A stretch of DNA of 39,508 nucleotides from an uncultured Candidatus Planktophila sp. (GTDB lineage: Bacteria > Actinomycetota > Actinomycetes > Nanopelagicales > Nanopelagicaceae): contig CAYNYE010000001.1 of assembly GCA_964401345.1 (NCBI GenBank), forward strand, positions 1-39,508, written 5' to 3'. The position numbers were made by a program, and so were the translations under genes. How positions within the stretch are numbered: position 1 is the stretch's first letter; every line of letters starts with the position of its first letter. The notes under the pieces were generated by a model. The model searched no databases. It saw only the letters and a program-made list of their open reading frames with translations, and was not told the DNA's origin. Positions 38,375 through 39,508 of the stretch are shown here, in pieces.

Positions 38375-38716
38375 ATGACAACTTTGGATCCGCAGGTAGC
38401 TGCACTTTTGAAGGATCCAGATGCTTTAATCCCTGCGATTGTTCAGGATTCATCGAGCAAAGAAGTGTTGATGTTGGCGTACATGAACGCTCAATCCCTT
38501 GAACTGACGTTGACTACTGGAAAAGCAACCTATTGGTCTCGCAGTAGAAATGAGTTGTGGGTTAAGGGTGCAACATCTGGCCACTTTCAAGATGTTCAAT
38601 CAATCGCTTTAGATTGCGATGGAGATGCCCTGATTCTTCAAGTGATTCAAACCGGTGCGGCTTGCCACACAGGGGATCGAAGCTGCTTTCACACTCCGCT
38701 AGAAATGCGATCGTAA
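38375..38716 (+). CDS. hisI: Phosphoribosyl-AMP cyclohydrolase
   Basis: VLMLAYM, YWSRSR, KGATSG, DCDGD, ACHTG, SCF. Confidence 0.96.
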   Translation: MTTLDPQVAALLKDPDALIPAIVQDSSSKEVLMLAYMNAQSLELTLTTGKATYWSRSRNELWVKGATSGHFQDVQSIALDCDGDALILQVIQTGAACHTGDRSCFHTPLEMRS

Positions 38717-38718
38717 GG

Positions 38719-39508
38719 ATGAATCTCGAAGAGTTTCGTGCATACGCAAAGGTTTCAAATGTGATCCCTGTATCGCGCAAACTACTGGCAGATTCTGAAA
38801 CACCTTTAGGTGTCTATAAGAAGTTAGCAAAGAACGCAGCCAATACATTTCTTCTAGAATCAGCTGAACATGGTGGCGCATGGTCTCGATACTCCTTTAT
38901 TGGAGTCCGTAGCGAAGCAACTTTGAGTGAAAAAGATGGTGTGGCGTATTGGCAAGGAACTACGCCAGCAGGTGCGCCAACAGGAATCGATCCTCTAGAA
39001 GCATTGCGGTTATCTGCAGCTCATTTGAAATCACCCAAGATCCCTGGCTTGCCACCATTAACCGGTGGCTTAGTTGGGTTCATGGGGTATGACGTAGTTC
39101 GACGTCTAGAAAAACTGCCATCACTGGCGCACAAAGATCTTCCGCTTCCTGAACTTTCCTTTATGTTAACAAGTGATCTAGCGGTGATGGATCACAGCGA
39201 TGGCACCATCACATTGATCGCAAATGCAATTAATTGGGATGGCAGCGATGATCGAATTGATGAGGCGTATGCATCATGCATCGAACGATTAGACCGAATG
39301 CAGTCAGATTTATCGAATTCATTGCCAGGTGATGCTGCTGCGATTCCAGATTTTTCATTGCCTGATTACGTCGCAAACATTTCTTCGGATGATTACAAGA
39401 AGAACATCGCGCAAGTAAACGAAGAACTCCTTGCTGGTGACGCTTTTCAAGTTGTTTTGTCTCAGCGCTTTGCAATGCCTTGTACAGCGGATGCGATCGA
39501 TGTGTACA
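38719..39508 (+). CDS. trpE: Anthranilate synthase component I (3' end outside window)
   Basis: Read manually from ATG 38719: MNLEEFRAYAKVSNVIPVSRKLLADSETPLGVYKKL...FLLESAEHGGAWSRYSFIG...GGLVGFMGYD...GDAFQVVLSQRF; not in the ORF track because it has no stop in the window. Confidence 0.93.
   Translation, partial: MNLEEFRAYAKVSNVIPVSRKLLADSETPLGVYKKLAKNAANTFLLESAEHGGAWSRYSFIGVRSEATLSEKDGVAYWQGTTPAGAPTGIDPLEALRLSAAHLKSPKIPGLPPLTGGLVGFMGYDVVRRLEKLPSLAHKDLPLPELSFMLTSDLAVMDHSDGTITLIANAINWDGSDDRIDEAYASCIERLDRMQSDLSNSLPGDAAAIPDFSLPDYVANISSDDYKKNIAQVNEELLAGDAFQVVLSQRFAMPCTADAIDVY

Overview
Core-genome window from a gene-dense, moderate-GC actinobacterium. Gene content, synteny and short proteins resemble freshwater acI / Ca. 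Nanopelagicales (e.g. Planktophila); this taxonomy is an inference. In order: partial MFS transporter, TauE/SafE and DoxX genes; a translationally coupled DNA-damage operon (DUF6504-like small protein, dnaE2, dinB) behind a perfect LexA box and a PafBC-type promoter; DUF3040; the dcw cluster from mraZ to ftsZ-pgeF-yggS-sepF-yggT with MraZ repeats and the mraW RNA motif but no divIVA; ileS (type 2, GxHH motif) with a translational T-box; a DksA/TraR-like protein with a KKAA-repeat tail; lspA; an RluA-family synthase; replicative dnaE; hisDCBH-priA-hisF-hisI; and the start of trpE. I found no mobile element, CRISPR array, rRNA or tRNA. The best candidate for an under-described system is an ImuA/ImuB-less mutasome made of a stand-alone ImuB-C-like adaptor, DnaE2 and a catalytically intact DinB. 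Other leads are complementarity of the mraW RNA loop to the rsmH and mraZ ribosome-binding sites, and the absence of divIVA at its usual position. All family assignments are from motif recognition, not database searches.
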